Below are positions 10,736 through 23,218 of a DNA stretch of 64,000 nt, in pieces; position 1 is the stretch's first letter; the number at the start of each line of letters is the position of its first letter. Position numbers and translations under genes: made by a program. The notes under the pieces are model-generated. The model was not told where the DNA came from. It saw only the letters and a list, made by a program, of their open reading frames with translations, and did no database searches. The DNA comes from Balanoglossus misakiensis (Eukaryota > Animalia > Hemichordata): assembly GCA_040954595.2 (NCBI GenBank), contig CM082586.2:12245337-12309336 (forward strand). Reading direction: 5' to 3'.

Positions 10736-10995
10736 TTGGTCTCTTCTGTGGCTACATTGTTTGGGGATTGTATATTGCTATGGTTACAATCAGCTAAACA
10801 TTGGTCTCTTCTGTGGCTACATTGTTTGGGGATTGTATATTGCTATGGTTACAATCAGCTAAACATTGGTCTCTTCTGTGGCTACATTGTTTGGGGATTG
10901 TATATTGCTATGGTTACAATCAGCTAAACATTGGTCTCTTCTGTGGCTACACTGTTTGGGGATTGCATATTGCTATGGTTACAATCAGCTAAACA
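10736..10995. repeat. 65-bp minisatellite x4
   Basis: Near-identical units start at 10736, 10801, 10866, 10931. Confidence 0.95.
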
Positions 10996-11938
10996 CACAT
11001 CCTGTCTTTCCATTGCACACATTTTAAAATTTGAAATCAACCGCACACTCGTACTGAACACATGTTTGTTGAAATTGTATCTTAGAGTTTTTCCAATTAC
11101 AATTATGCATAATATAAACAAATTAACAAATGTGAAAACTTATCTTTGAAAATGTGTTTGCAAGGGTGAAAAAGTAATCTGTATTTTAAAAATCAGACAG
11201 AGTTTTGCTGACAGGGTACACAAGTTTCAGGGGATTTTGGAGAGAGTGTTAAAATTCCTAGGAAGAGATTGCCATGGATATTGAGGACTTTGGTGTAAAC
11301 ACAATTAATTGATCAAGAAATATGTGGTTAAGAATATGTGTCATCAACCTCACACGACACTATAAGACTGTCTGATATATTCATGTACAAGTATTTTCAC
11401 TACTTATTTGCATAATTCAATGAAATTAACATAAATTATCAACCTATAGCTAAGTAAATTACCTCTGCAAAGAATAAATATGCACTTAGAAAATTCATAT
11501 AGTTTTCATCTCATTTTAAAGACATTACAAAATGCTTCTCTGAGGGTACAGTAATTTTTAACGGGCATATTCTTGATAACTCATCACCATGAATGATCAT
11601 TTCAAAACTTAACAAGGCATATGGCTAAAGAGGATTCAGTGTTTGTGCACCTTCTATCCACAATGCTGGATCTATTGACAGTTTTCAAAGGGGTTTTTAA
11701 GACTCGTCCTTTTATTCAGCACTATTTCATTCCATTGCTTTTTTGGTTTATAGGGATTGTCTTTCAGAACTGTTTCTGTTTGTTTGGGGTTTTTAAGTGT
11801 AATTTTTATCCTTTAAGCTTTCACTTGTTTTCTAATTTTATTATTTTCTGTAGAAAATGCACTGAGATGTATGTGTATTACATTTGTTAGGAAATAAATA
11901 ATAATAAATTTATTAATAATAACTATCTTTGATTTCAG

Positions 11939-12055
11939 ATGTCAATGAATATATGGAGAGAGCAGATCTTTGTGGAGGCCAGTGTGTGAATACAGCAGGC
12001 TCTTTTTATTGCACTTGTGCTGTGGAATATTGATTGGTCAATGGAGAGTGTACAG
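11939..12055 (+). pseudogene. Calcium-binding EGF exon with stop
   Basis: tttcag/gtaag; DVNEYMERADLCGGQCVNTAGSFYCTCAVEY*LVNGECT; first Cys lost, TGA at 12031. Confidence 0.8.
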
Positions 12056-12070
12056 GTAAGATCAACACAA

Positions 12071-12443
12071 TATAGAAATAATGCACGATGCCCTGACCAT
12101 TAATGTTTGTTTATGGGCAAGGGCGAGGGGAAAGCCCAAAATTCATGGGCAAGGCTTCTGAGCCCATGAAATTTGGCTTTCCTAGAGCCCGAGCCCTGCA
12201 TTTATTTCCATTACATTACCAACAATCTCAAGAAAACCATCAATATTTATGAAAATGTCCCACACACAAGACTAGGGGCCCCGGAACTTGTGTTATGCAA
12301 AATGTTGTGTTCACTGAACTATTTGCTAATATTACTATTCAGATTTACGGGCATGTAAACAAACCATTACTGGGTATTTGTGGTCAGTGATGTCGTTCAT
12401 CTTGACCAATTAAAATGCGACGTACAGACCATGGTAATATAAT
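12071..12443. mobile_element. Degenerate hairpin element (Crypton-like)
   Basis: GAAATAATGCA...TGCATTTATTTC palindrome with AAATTCATGGGC/GCCCATGAAATTT core, then ATTACATTACC paired with terminal GGTAATATAAT. Confidence 0.4.
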
Positions 12444-13821
12444 ATGTGGGCAACGAAAGGTCCTATATCTGTAACTTTTGAATTTTTATTCAGTATTATG
12501 CTGGTTATCAACCATCATTTGAAGCAGGGTAAGCAATGTTGTTATTGTTTAAAAATTGTATTCAAGCCTGGGTCTGGACTTGGATGCAATTTGTCAATAA
12601 TAACAGTGATTGGTAACTGCATGTTTTCATAACTGGCTATCTGTTAAAGAGACCATTTGCTGTGTGTACAGTACACATGCCATTGGCAGCTTATGGGTCA
12701 GCCAGTGTTTGCCTGTTAATCTCTCGTTGTGTATGTGTGTCTGTACAGTCAGATCGCATGGTACTCATTAACATATGTTAATGAGGGAAAGAACTTCATA
12801 CCATGTAGCCGTTACCTTGGGCCCCGCTGAAGGGTCGCGAAATAGGCCATTTTTTTACGCGACATTATAGAGCTGATTTCAGGCGAATACAGACAAGAGA
12901 GTATAGACAACTCAGGTTTTAAAGGATTTTCATCATTTCCACTGTGTCAACGTCACTACATCCTTGCTATGAGAAAAAGCCATCCCTTGTGTACTTCGTG
13001 CTTATCACGGGCAAACAATTTGTTTAAAATCCCTGATTTTGATATGGTGCAAACATTTCACCAACAAACTAACACACCATTTGCCCTTACTCAAGACAGC
13101 CTGATTTGTTTGAAATGTTATAAAACATTTGTTGCTTTAGCGGAAAAAGCAAGGTGTAGTATTCAACAAGGCCTAATTATGTCGAGTGATATAGCACTTG
13201 CTGAAGAAATTAAAAAATATGTCACAATGTTACAAAAAGGCTGCAGCTGTGACACCGACTTGGTGAATTTTGCATGCTGGAAAACTGTTGTCTTTTTAGG
13301 AGAAGTGCTCCTCAGAAAACACGCCATTCTATTGTTTGACGTCAGGCAATATTTCAATGATTGTTTAGACGATGAATATCAGACTTTGTGACCCAAGGTC
13401 AAGGTACAACCAGTGGAATTCCACAGAAAACCTAATAGCTGGCTTATTCGGGAATTTCTATGTGTGTATTATCCAATTCACCTTTCTGTTGTATCAAAAG
13501 TGAGTAGAAAGTTCTCCACCTTTTTGTACCGAACGGGTTCAGATCTCACTATTGCCCTCCAAAATGCACTTGTCGAACATCCCCAGTATGTTGTGCAAGC
13601 TGAGAAACAGATAGAGAGGCTTGAAAAGCAAGTAAGAGACTTGAGTAAAGTTGACGTTGACTTTTTCAAAATGCTTGATTTGGTGGCTGTGAAATTAAAT
13701 GCCAGCATTTATCAGCAATCTTAAAAATTCAGTAATTACTGCAAAACAAACACTGTTGATCTGAGTACACTTGATGTTGAATATATTGTCAGTGAGATTG
13801 ACCCTGTGTTATGGAATACTA

Positions 13822-15019
13822 TTTTTATATATAATCCCATGATATTTTTCTTTGTTTGACGTCATCGTATACGAGTGTTTTCGCAGAGCCGTGCAACTTC
13901 GAGCCGTAGGCGAGAAGTTGCTAGACTCCGCGAAAACCACGAGTATACGATGACGTTAAATAAAGAAAAATATCATGGGATTATATATTTATCACATGAA
14001 GTCTTCTTATTTTTCGTTAGAAGAGGTAGGATACAATATTCCAATATCCTGCTAAAATATTCGAGCGGCCTTGTAGTTTATTTAGCGGGATTACGTTCTT
14101 TCCCCTGCGCAACGATCTGTGGCCCCAACGAGATATGCTAATTATGGAATCACTGTCATTCATAAAGTGAAATCGACTTTCAAGTTTTTACACTTTTGCG
14201 TCTTGTCTACCAATCAGATTCGCGGAGTCAGTCACATGGGCCAGAATTTTGATACATTCTGCCTGTCAATCATTGTCTCGCGCTGTGTACAGTTGCCTGC
14301 AAAGTTATGCTGCAAGTCGCAGTTTGACAGAAAAAATGACGCACTTCACTGTAAAACTTTATGAAAAAATAAACACAGTTCCATTGCCACATATCCTAAA
14401 ACCGTTATTGTGACTGGATATTAAAAATATTAGTCCAGGAACGATGTTCAAGGTTCAAGGTTGCGTTTGCGTCGGCCTGGCTAGTCAGCGCAGTTGTGCT
14501 TCCGCGGAAATACAACCGTCGTACAGAATCTCAGCCTTGGACCCCAGACAAATGTTTTCGATTCTCAAACAAATGAATTGCGAAGTTTTTTCCACGTCTT
14601 ATACTTATCGTTGACCAGTGGACAGAATACAGAGTGTTAGTCATCCCGCTCAGCTGGAACAAAACCATTCTCGTAACTTCTGTAAGCCTAAAATGTGCTG
14701 GCTCGCTCGGGACCAGGACCGCTAGCTGCAAGCACACATTCACGATCGTAGCGTCGACGTTTCAAATTCTACCTTTCTCGTATTGATTTTACCCAGCGAT
14801 ATTCTTACGGAACCGTCATGGAACCGTCAGTTTTATATGAATTATGTACAACTACGGGTACATCCACTTGTTTATTCCGTTTCACAAGAAAGTTACAGCG
14901 ACGGGCGAATCAGTGTAAATAGTTCCGGTTGATGACGTAGAACAGGGGTAAATTCGGATTTTTTATTCGACCTGTTCTACGTCACACAAGCGGCTATACG
15001 GGCCAGTTCATGTGATAAA
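13822..15019. mobile_element. Hairpin non-autonomous element, copy 1 (inserted in Academ ORF)
   Basis: ~160-bp palindrome 13827-13987, then TTTATCACATGAA paired with TTCATGTGATAAA at 15007-15019; second copy at 33333-34481. Confidence 0.85.
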
Positions 15020-15551
15020 ACGTTGAACAACAGTGAATGCAGTAAATTAAAAAGCCCCAACTTTGAATGAAATAAACACTACTATGGATTTTATGACCAG
15101 CACTCTATGGAGAGTAGAGCACGATTCCTCAGGCGTTTGTTTTGTGTGTATGCTATTGTTCACTTGTTCTGATCATTGTACTTACCCATTGCATACTTAC
15201 CTGGCTGACATTGTTGAAGGTTATAGTAGGTCATCTACTCTAGTGAAAATTCTAAATTGATTTGGTATTATTTGTTCTGGAGATACATTGCATAGATACA
15301 TGTTGGGAATTATCAACAAAAGAACATCAGCTGATTTCACAGAGGAAAATATTGCAAATAATGCATTTTGTATAACTTCCATTGATAATATTGATAAATC
15401 AGCTAAATATGCAGCTGTTAGAGCTGATCCAAAGGACAGAGGTTTCCACGGTACCTCTTATCAAATGGTCCAACCAAAACCAAAGTCAATTTTGAACAGT
15501 GTTGATGATATTGTTTTTGGCAGTCATGACAAACATTCAACTGTCAAAGAT

Positions 15552-16030
15552 TTTAAGCTAATCAACATATATGGTGATGGAAGGTGCTTTTTCAGGAGCA
15601 TCTCTGTGAGAAATGATATTGCATTGCAAAATTGCGATCATCTACCTAGTGGACTCCCTTCTGACCCAATTTTAGCTGACCGAGAGAAAATATTCGCAGA
15701 CAAGTTAAGAGCAGATACAGTAGACATAATGCGTGCCAATCATATATACTTTGAAGGAATGGATGATGCACAACTTGATGTCCTGTTAGACGGCACTCGT
15801 TATATGGACATTTTGCACAGAACACAATGTATGGAAAAGGCAGATGAATATGCTGGTATGCCAGAAATGTTATCTGTAGTGTATGTTGCAAAATGTCCAT
15901 TACATATATACACCAAGCAGAATGATATATTTGCAAGAGGTGATGGTGATGTGTTCTCCAAGACTGAGCCTGTCTGTCTCTTGTACACACCAGACAGGCC
16001 AGGTCAACCAGGCCATTATGATTTGCTTCT
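15552..16030 (+). other. OTU-family cysteine protease domain within the transposase ORF
   Basis: NIYGDGRCFFRSIS (catalytic D/C), ADKLRADTVD helix, YAGMPEM, CLLY...GHYDLL (catalytic H). Confidence 0.85.
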
Positions 16031-17134
16031 TAACAGGCAGTTAATTAAAAGTAAAGATAGTCTGGTGAGTGAAAATGCACGGAATTCATTTGAACGGTGG
16101 CAGGAATTAAACAGTGGCTTTTGTTCACAAAATACAGTAGACTCTGAAATGAATGAAATTTTTGGCAATTTGTGGAAATAATACTAAAATCATGGTTGAC
16201 AGATCTATCTAAAAAAATACTGGTACAGGTTTGGTTGCACCTGTGAGAAAAGCCTGTACATTTACGGAGAAAAAAATCCGATGATACTGTTCATGATAAT
16301 GTAGTATTTAAACCACCTCTACTGAGACAACATCAACCACGGTCATCAATTTCGCTGTCAGATTTTGACATTAAACAAGAAGAAGCCATTGCTTGGTCAG
16401 AACTGTTTTCTGACAATTTTTTTTTTGCTCTACAGAAAAATGCAATGCACAGAGCGGATATAGAAACAGTTTTTGGGGATTTTAAATCAACATTAGCAAC
16501 AAATGCTAACAGTAATGACAGTGAATGCTCAAATGTCATTTATTTGGGCATATCAAGTGAACACGCAGACACCATTGAAACTGTCCATAACATTATCAAT
16601 AAGCTGTATATGTTACATTCAGAGTTGGTGTAAGAATAAAATACCTGGTTGTGGTTGGTGATGGGAAAACTTTCCATCACCTGATAAAGTTAAAAGACAT
16701 GTATGGTGCAAATTTAGACTGGTTGCAGCCTTTTATCAGAGACTGGCACACTCTAAAAAATTACCAACCAGTCATCATGAAAATATTCTGGGATGCTGGC
16801 CTAAAACATCTGGCAGGGTTCAATCATAAAGGGGGAACTTTGGAAACCCTAGTACAGTGTACAAATTTCAAGCTAACTCATCGCTTCCTAACACAAATTT
16901 GGGAAAGTATGTTTAGATGTGTTGTCAATTCCTTTTTGAATAAGAGGGGTGAAACCCATAATACCCAGCACTGTCCCTTAAATACAGAAACAGTCCAAAA
17001 ATGTTTACTAGAAGCTGTCACAAAATCTTTGGAATGTACTGAAGATAAAGCTGATCATATTGACAAAAATCATGGTGACCTTAAGGCTCAACTTACTCGC
17101 TTGCAAGAGGAATTTCAGATTTTTTGTGACAGAA

Positions 17135-17767
17135 CACAGTACGATATTTTACCCACAATTCTCCATGATTTGTATCATTGAAGGTTGCCCATTTAATAAC
17201 TTTTTCTGTTTTAGATACTAAGAATGATATGAAGTACATATAAATCTATTTATGTTTATCTAGGAAAAGTAAATTGAGGAATTAGAGTGAAAATTCCAAA
17301 ATCAAAATTTAAAAGCAATAAGAATCAAAGTATTCATGTACTGCAAATGCCACACTTTGGAGGAAACAAGCAATGAGGAAACAAGCAATGATTGACTGAG
17401 GTGGCCAGTCTCTGTTGAAAGTTAACATGTAAATTTCCATTGTTCTGTCAAAAGAAAATGTCAATATCTTTTTGTTTGATTAAACAGGTGTTTCAAGTGT
17501 CCCTGTTTTACTCCAAACTTTTTGGTATGGCTGCCTATGCAATTGCTTGATTATTTTATAAAATTCGTATCTTCTCTCTCAATAATACATAATTTTCTAA
17601 ATCATTTGAAATGGTAATTGACAATAACATTCACCTTAAAAGTAAGATCTCAAAATTTCTATTAGTGGTCTACAATTCTCTCTACACATGTGAACTTTGC
17701 GTGGTTTGACTGAGTAATCTCTGATTGTACAAATCAGAATGAATTATGGGATATTTCACGTACTGTG
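17135..17767. mobile_element. Transib-like non-autonomous element
   Basis: TIR CACAGTACG..ACCCACAATTC / GAATTATGGGAT..CGTACTGTG; 5-bp TSD CAGAA; removal restores transposase FCDRRANTDKTF. Confidence 0.8.
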
Positions 17768-18353
17768 CAGAAGGGCAAATACAGACAAAACTTTCAAATT
17801 TTGGGTTAGATTTATAGAGGAAGATTTGTTTGCATACATGTCTTTGTACATTGCAATAAGGTCAGGAAATTGGAACCTTCGAATATCGGCTTTGAAAAAA
17901 ATGAACCCACTGTTCCATGCATATGACCGATCCCTGTACTTGAGGTTAATTCCCAGACATCTTGCTGACCTTCTGAAGATGCCAAACTCTCTGTTGTTAC
18001 ATTTCAAAGCAGGTGGTTTTGTTTGCAATTTGTCAGGCTCAACTTGGGTTAATGTAGCACTAGATGAAGCCCATGAAATGTGCGTCAATAAAGATGTTAA
18101 AGCTGCATTGCATACTTCTACAGGTGGGTTAATGGAGAGAATAGCAATTTATTTACCCTATAGAGCTATGGCTGCCAAGAATCTAAAAGATCTGTTATTT
18201 CCTTTCCAAAATGAAACCCATAATTCAGTTAGTGTACATAAAATACATGAGTCAAACTGCAGGTTGTATATCAATTGTCTTGAAGGTGCTGATGTATTTT
18301 CACCACTTAATACCGTCAGGGAGCTAACTAATATATTTTCAGATGACCCAGCA

Positions 18354-19435
18354 AAGAATAGCGTCAAGGACACTGTGGTCCCATTTGAGGATTATGCGGA
18401 AACAGTGACACACCAGAATAAAAATTACAGGTGACATTGCAAGCACATATGATCTTGCGATATAGAAATTTGGAATGTAAAAAAAAATAACAAGGAACAT
18501 GCCCAATAAACTGTCATGTGTCATGACAGTCTTACAAGTAGTGCTAGAAAAAAAATTGACCAAAAATTGTCTGTACAAACACATATGAGAAGCAACTTCT
18601 TTCAGTCAGCCCTGAAACAGACAGACAGACAGACACACACACTGACCTGCCACTGGTAATAAAAAATTTAATAGCCCATGGTCTCTCTAACAGCTGGCAT
18701 ATTGAAGTTATGTAAACATGTCTAAGTTGGGGGTAACAACTCCTTGTAAACAGTAACTTTCAAAACAACTGGACAATTGGTTTAGGAGAAAAAACTCGCT
18801 AAATATTGAATATTTCTGATATCAGAATTGAATAAAAGTTGCACATATACATGTATGTGTTATGAAATTATATCCTAAATTTCAAAGCAATCAGAGAAAA
18901 AACAAATTTCAAAGCAATCAACAAGCAGTTTCACAAAAAAATATTTGTTCAAAAGTGGCAAAAACACAAAATTGTACAATACCTTACTTCAACCACTACA
19001 AGGAACATGCTGCCAAAGTTCAATGCAATATGACAAGCAGTTTCAGGAAAACAATTTTTGACAAAAATTGCAAAAGTTTCCCCGATAACACATTTATGAA
19101 AATATCACATTTTTTACAACATATTATTTGGGTTACACCTACGAACATGCCTACCAAATTGCAAAGCAATCTGGCATGCGGTTTTAAAGAAAAAAAAATG
19201 ACCAAAAATGGCAAATATTGCTCAAAATTATAAATATGCAAATTTTGCAACAATTTGAACAAAACTATGGTTACTCAGACAACAATTGGGAAGCTTCATA
19301 CTAAATTTAAAAGAAGTAAGCCCATCACTTTCAGAAATGAAGACTTTTTACCAACATGGAAAATACAAACAAATGCATAAAAAATAGGAAATCAATAATA
19401 TTAGCTCAAAACATACATTAATTGTAGGCCAAACA
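18354..19435 (-). mobile_element. Composite non-coding insertion with a HINE-like 3' end
   Basis: 18356-18445 is the reverse complement of 45991-46080; (ACAG)n microsatellite at ~18618; interrupts transposase between IFSDDPA and LVNFLS. Confidence 0.65.
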
Positions 19436-20989
19436 AGAGAAAACTAGTGAACTTCTTGTCAGCCACATCTTTAAAAATAATTGTACCGGCTCTGCAAGGT
19501 GATCATGTCCTCATTACAGCAGGTGGCTTTGATGGGGAAAATAGGGACAAGAGTCTTTTCGTCGGTAGTAATGGAATTGTGTCTGAGTGGGAAGCCAAAA
19601 GTTGTCATGAAGAAGCTGACAGTAGATGCATCCTTCATGCAGTTCAGTCCTCTTACAAGAAAGGTGTTATTTACTCCCCTGATACCGATACTTATCATGT
19701 TCTCCTCCCAGTACTATATCAACATGTTCAAAAGGAGATATTTGTACAACTGGATAATGATTTATCCAATCTCACTTATTTAGACATGAATCAATTCAAA
19801 TCAGATTTAAATTTAGACCCTGATTTGCAACATATTCCCCTCCAATATGTATGCAAAATATTTCAAACAGTGTTCATATGCACAGGTTGTGACTATACTT
19901 TGCAGGCATCGGAAAGATATCTTTCTACAAAACATTTTTTTCAATACTCTGAATTTATAACTAGTGGCACCCTTATACCTGGAACACTGATAGACACAAC
20001 AGTAGACAGTGTAGGGAATGGAATTTTCGCTTTCATACGTTTAAAAGGTAGTGTTTATGTTAAGAAACATTTCCAAGCATTTGATGCATCTCATCCTTTT
20101 GAACTTTATCGACAAGTAGCCAGTGTCACTAACAGTCTTAAAGATAACCACATCAAATGGCTTACATATATACGAGAAACAATTTGGCCACGTATCCAGT
20201 ATGAGGAAGAATGTATCCCTTCCTTTGAAGCCCTACAACTGCACTGGAAAAGATCATGCTGGGTCTCTCAGTTATGGTCCCAGGCCGATCAGTGCCATGT
20301 TACGTTTCCCTTATTCAATAATTATGGATACAGACTAAGCAACGGCGAACTTGATATTATTTGGGACAGTGAGGCCAATTTAGAAAAAGTGAAAAATAAT
20401 TTGGAGTTGCTAACAAAAGGGTGTGGCTGCAAAAAGATGCCAACTTGTAATAGCAGATGTTGTAAATGTTATAAGACCCACAATGGTTGTGGCCCTGCGT
20501 GTCAATGCAATGACTGCAGTAATCCACATAATGGGAACCCTGGATTCTGTACCACATCGAAAAAGTATGGGGTATGCCCAAAATATACAGATAAGTCACC
20601 ACTATTAGAATCACCATCACTGATACTGAACATCATAATATGGAAAATAGCATTGATGCAATTTTACAGGAGGAGTCACATGAATTTGACATTTTAAGAG
20701 AAGAAGAGGGAAATATTTACGAGACTGATTCTGACTTTGACGAACTGACTGATGAATATAACTGGACGGAAGAAAAACAAACTGATAATTCAAAGAATGG
20801 TGATTGTGATTCCAATGATGGTGACTGTGATGACATTTAATGAATCATCAATGAAATTGATTGGTCTTTTGTGGGTTGCAGCCCTATTGTGATTTCAGTC
20901 GTACCTTTCCAATCGCACCCTGTGTGTATGTGTTAATTTCAGACATGGTTACTGTAACCGTATTCCAAACAATCACCATTTTATCCGCT

Positions 20990-21710
20990 TGACACAGGGA
21001 TCAGTTCTTTGTCCTATACTTTTTAATATGTACACTTCTCCATTAGGTGAATTAGTTTCTAGTCATGGATGCCTGTACATAGCTTTTATGCAGATGGCTC
21101 TTCATTGTCTTTTACCAAGAAGAATGCTCCCAGAATGCTTTCAAATCTAGAACGTTGTATTTCTGATGTCGGTACTGAATGTCTGAAAATGTCTTGTGTT
21201 TAAACAACAATAAGACTGAATTTGTTATTTTTTCTGCTACTTCGGGTAATCTATCTGCCAGAGGGATTACAGAAATTCATGCGATGCTCTGAAACCTGTT
21301 CATTGTCTGACAATGATTGCACAGATCTGCCATTCAGTCGATTTTCATTTGCAGCATATTGCACTTGTCTGTAAATATTTATCTCAAGCCGCCACAGAGC
21401 AATAAAGTTCCTTCTTTTGTTGCATTTCGAATAGATTCATGTAATTCACTTTTATTTGGGCTCCCTAAGTACTAGATCAGCCGTATTCAAGTTCAAAATA
21501 TTGCTGCTAGTTCCAAAATCACCTTTTACATCAATGCAATTTCAGTTGCATTGGTTACCTGTGTCTGATTGTATTGTTTTCAAGATTTTATTTCTTATTT
21601 TTGAATTCATTCATAGACTTGGACCATCATATCTGTCTGATATGATCAAATTGTATGTTCCAAATCGAAATTTGAAGTCAGCTGATCAGCTCAAACTCTG
21701 TCCTGTTCAG
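20990..21710 (+). mobile_element. Degenerate L2/CR1-group LINE RT fragment
   Basis: QGSVLCPILFNMYTSPLG, FYADG, LNNNKTEF, LHWLPV..IVFKIL..GPSYLSDMI..YVPNRNLKSAD. Confidence 0.8.
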
Positions 21711-23218
21711 CCCAATGCAATGATGACAACAAAAATTGCTTGCCTTCAGACACAAATATTTATTGCATATATCATCAGCGAATAAAGGGAAATGGTTTTG
21801 AAGTTACAGTTGGCATTTTGCATTCTCGAAACGTCTACTTATATCCCAGGCCATGATACGGAGAAAAAAAATACACCAGCTGAGCTCCTCACACGTACGT
21901 AGTCATGTATGGTAAACTGGCATTCTGTCCATATGGGACCTACATTTGTAGGCAATAGATCGATGTTGTGTTGAAATCAGGCTAGTAATTAAGTTAAAAC
22001 TTGGCTAATACATTACCTTAGGGTGTTATACATTATCCAGTAACTGTTTTACTTAAGAATTGCCTTTCAAAAGCTGTTTTCCCCACGGTAAACGTATCGT
22101 TTCACGATCAACGCAACACTTCCGTATTTACAAGGCTAACATGGAGCCGGAGAGGTCAACGTATACTTCCGAGTTATATCGTCGAACGACATCGATTATT
22201 TTTAAGCGGACTTTTACACAAGCATTTCGAATTAATTTCTTTTCACGGATGTCGGGACCGATATTAGACCTCTCTGTCAGGAAAGTTTGGTTAACTTCCG
22301 AGGTCGTTTTCAAATGATTTTTGACACGTTTGTGGACGTCTCTTTCGGGGTCACCAACATACCACCGAAAACACGTTAAAAACTTCTACTATTACCGACA
22401 GATTTTCATAAAATTTACATCTGCAGTGAAAAATGGGAATCACTTTCGTAATTTATCCAGCTAACATGGTATTTTATAAAAATCAAATTGAAAATCACCT
22501 TGAAAATTGGCCTATTGCAGTCTGTTTGAAAGTTAACGGTCGCTCGCTTGATGAACTTTCATATGCAAATGAGCACCATGCGATCTGACTGTGTATATGT
22601 ACTCCGTGTAGACTGAATGGGACCACTGTGTCCTTGATGCAATTTTTTACACTTATCAGGTATATGTTGACTAACACAAGCAAAAATATCACCAACTCAT
22701 CTGAGAAATCTTATCCCAGGTCCTAAGGTTGTGAGATTAATAGAATCTCACACTCCCAAGGACTAGGGGTCATAATTCTGACATGACTTGGGGATTTTCT
22801 GTCCCACAGGAGCTGCAGGCGAATGTGGGACAAAATATCCCTGATAAGTGTGGGAAATATGATCCTAGGTCCTTTGTGTATGAGATTATATTTCTCACAC
22901 GGGCACAAATTAGCCAAATTCGTCTTAAAACATTGAATAAATGACTCTTGAGTTGTCATCTGGCATGTTTTAGTTTCTTTATCCTGTCATTGGATAACAT
23001 TTAGCGCACATTATTAAAGAAACGCTTTGTCATCCAATCAGCGCTCGCGTCATATACAGCTTTCGATTCAGTGAGTGTGTGGGATTGATTTGTTCTTACA
23101 CTCTGATCCCACACTCTCAGCATGCCAGGAGTGTGAGAATCTATATAATTAAGATCTACGAGTTTTAGGTGAAGAGTTTATCAATTTCTATGCCAACCCT
23201 GTAGGGCATTCTGGGATA

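Larger units (their letters stand above)
12969..20840 (+). pseudogene. Academ transposase polyprotein (N-terminal Cys motifs, DDE core, XPG/PIN-like nuclease, Cys-rich finger, acidic tail), fragmented
   Basis: SIDNID, FHGTSYQMVQPKP, VGDGKTF, DWHTLKNYQPV, RSGNWNLR, ALDEAHEM, HEEADSR, SPDTDT, TGCDY, CGCKK..CNSRCCKC..CGPACQCNDC; several stops/frameshifts and three nested insertions. Confidence 0.85.
12746..22591 (+). mobile_element. Academ (AcademX-type) DNA transposon, 9.85 kb, decayed
   Basis: 32-bp imperfect TIR CAGTCAGATCGCATGGTACTCATTAACATATG / CATATGCAAATGAGCACCATGCGATCTGACTG; TGTA on both flanks; splits a HINE-like element (12629-12745 + 22592-22648). Confidence 0.88.

Noticed and set aside
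10736-10995. 65-bp periodic repeat as a CRISPR array
   Set aside because: Units are contiguous and near-identical with no unique spacers; eukaryotic context, no cas genes
22690-23150. Additional hairpin-type element
   Set aside because: Only a 16-bp IR (TAGAATCTCACACTCC) is clear; boundaries could not be defined
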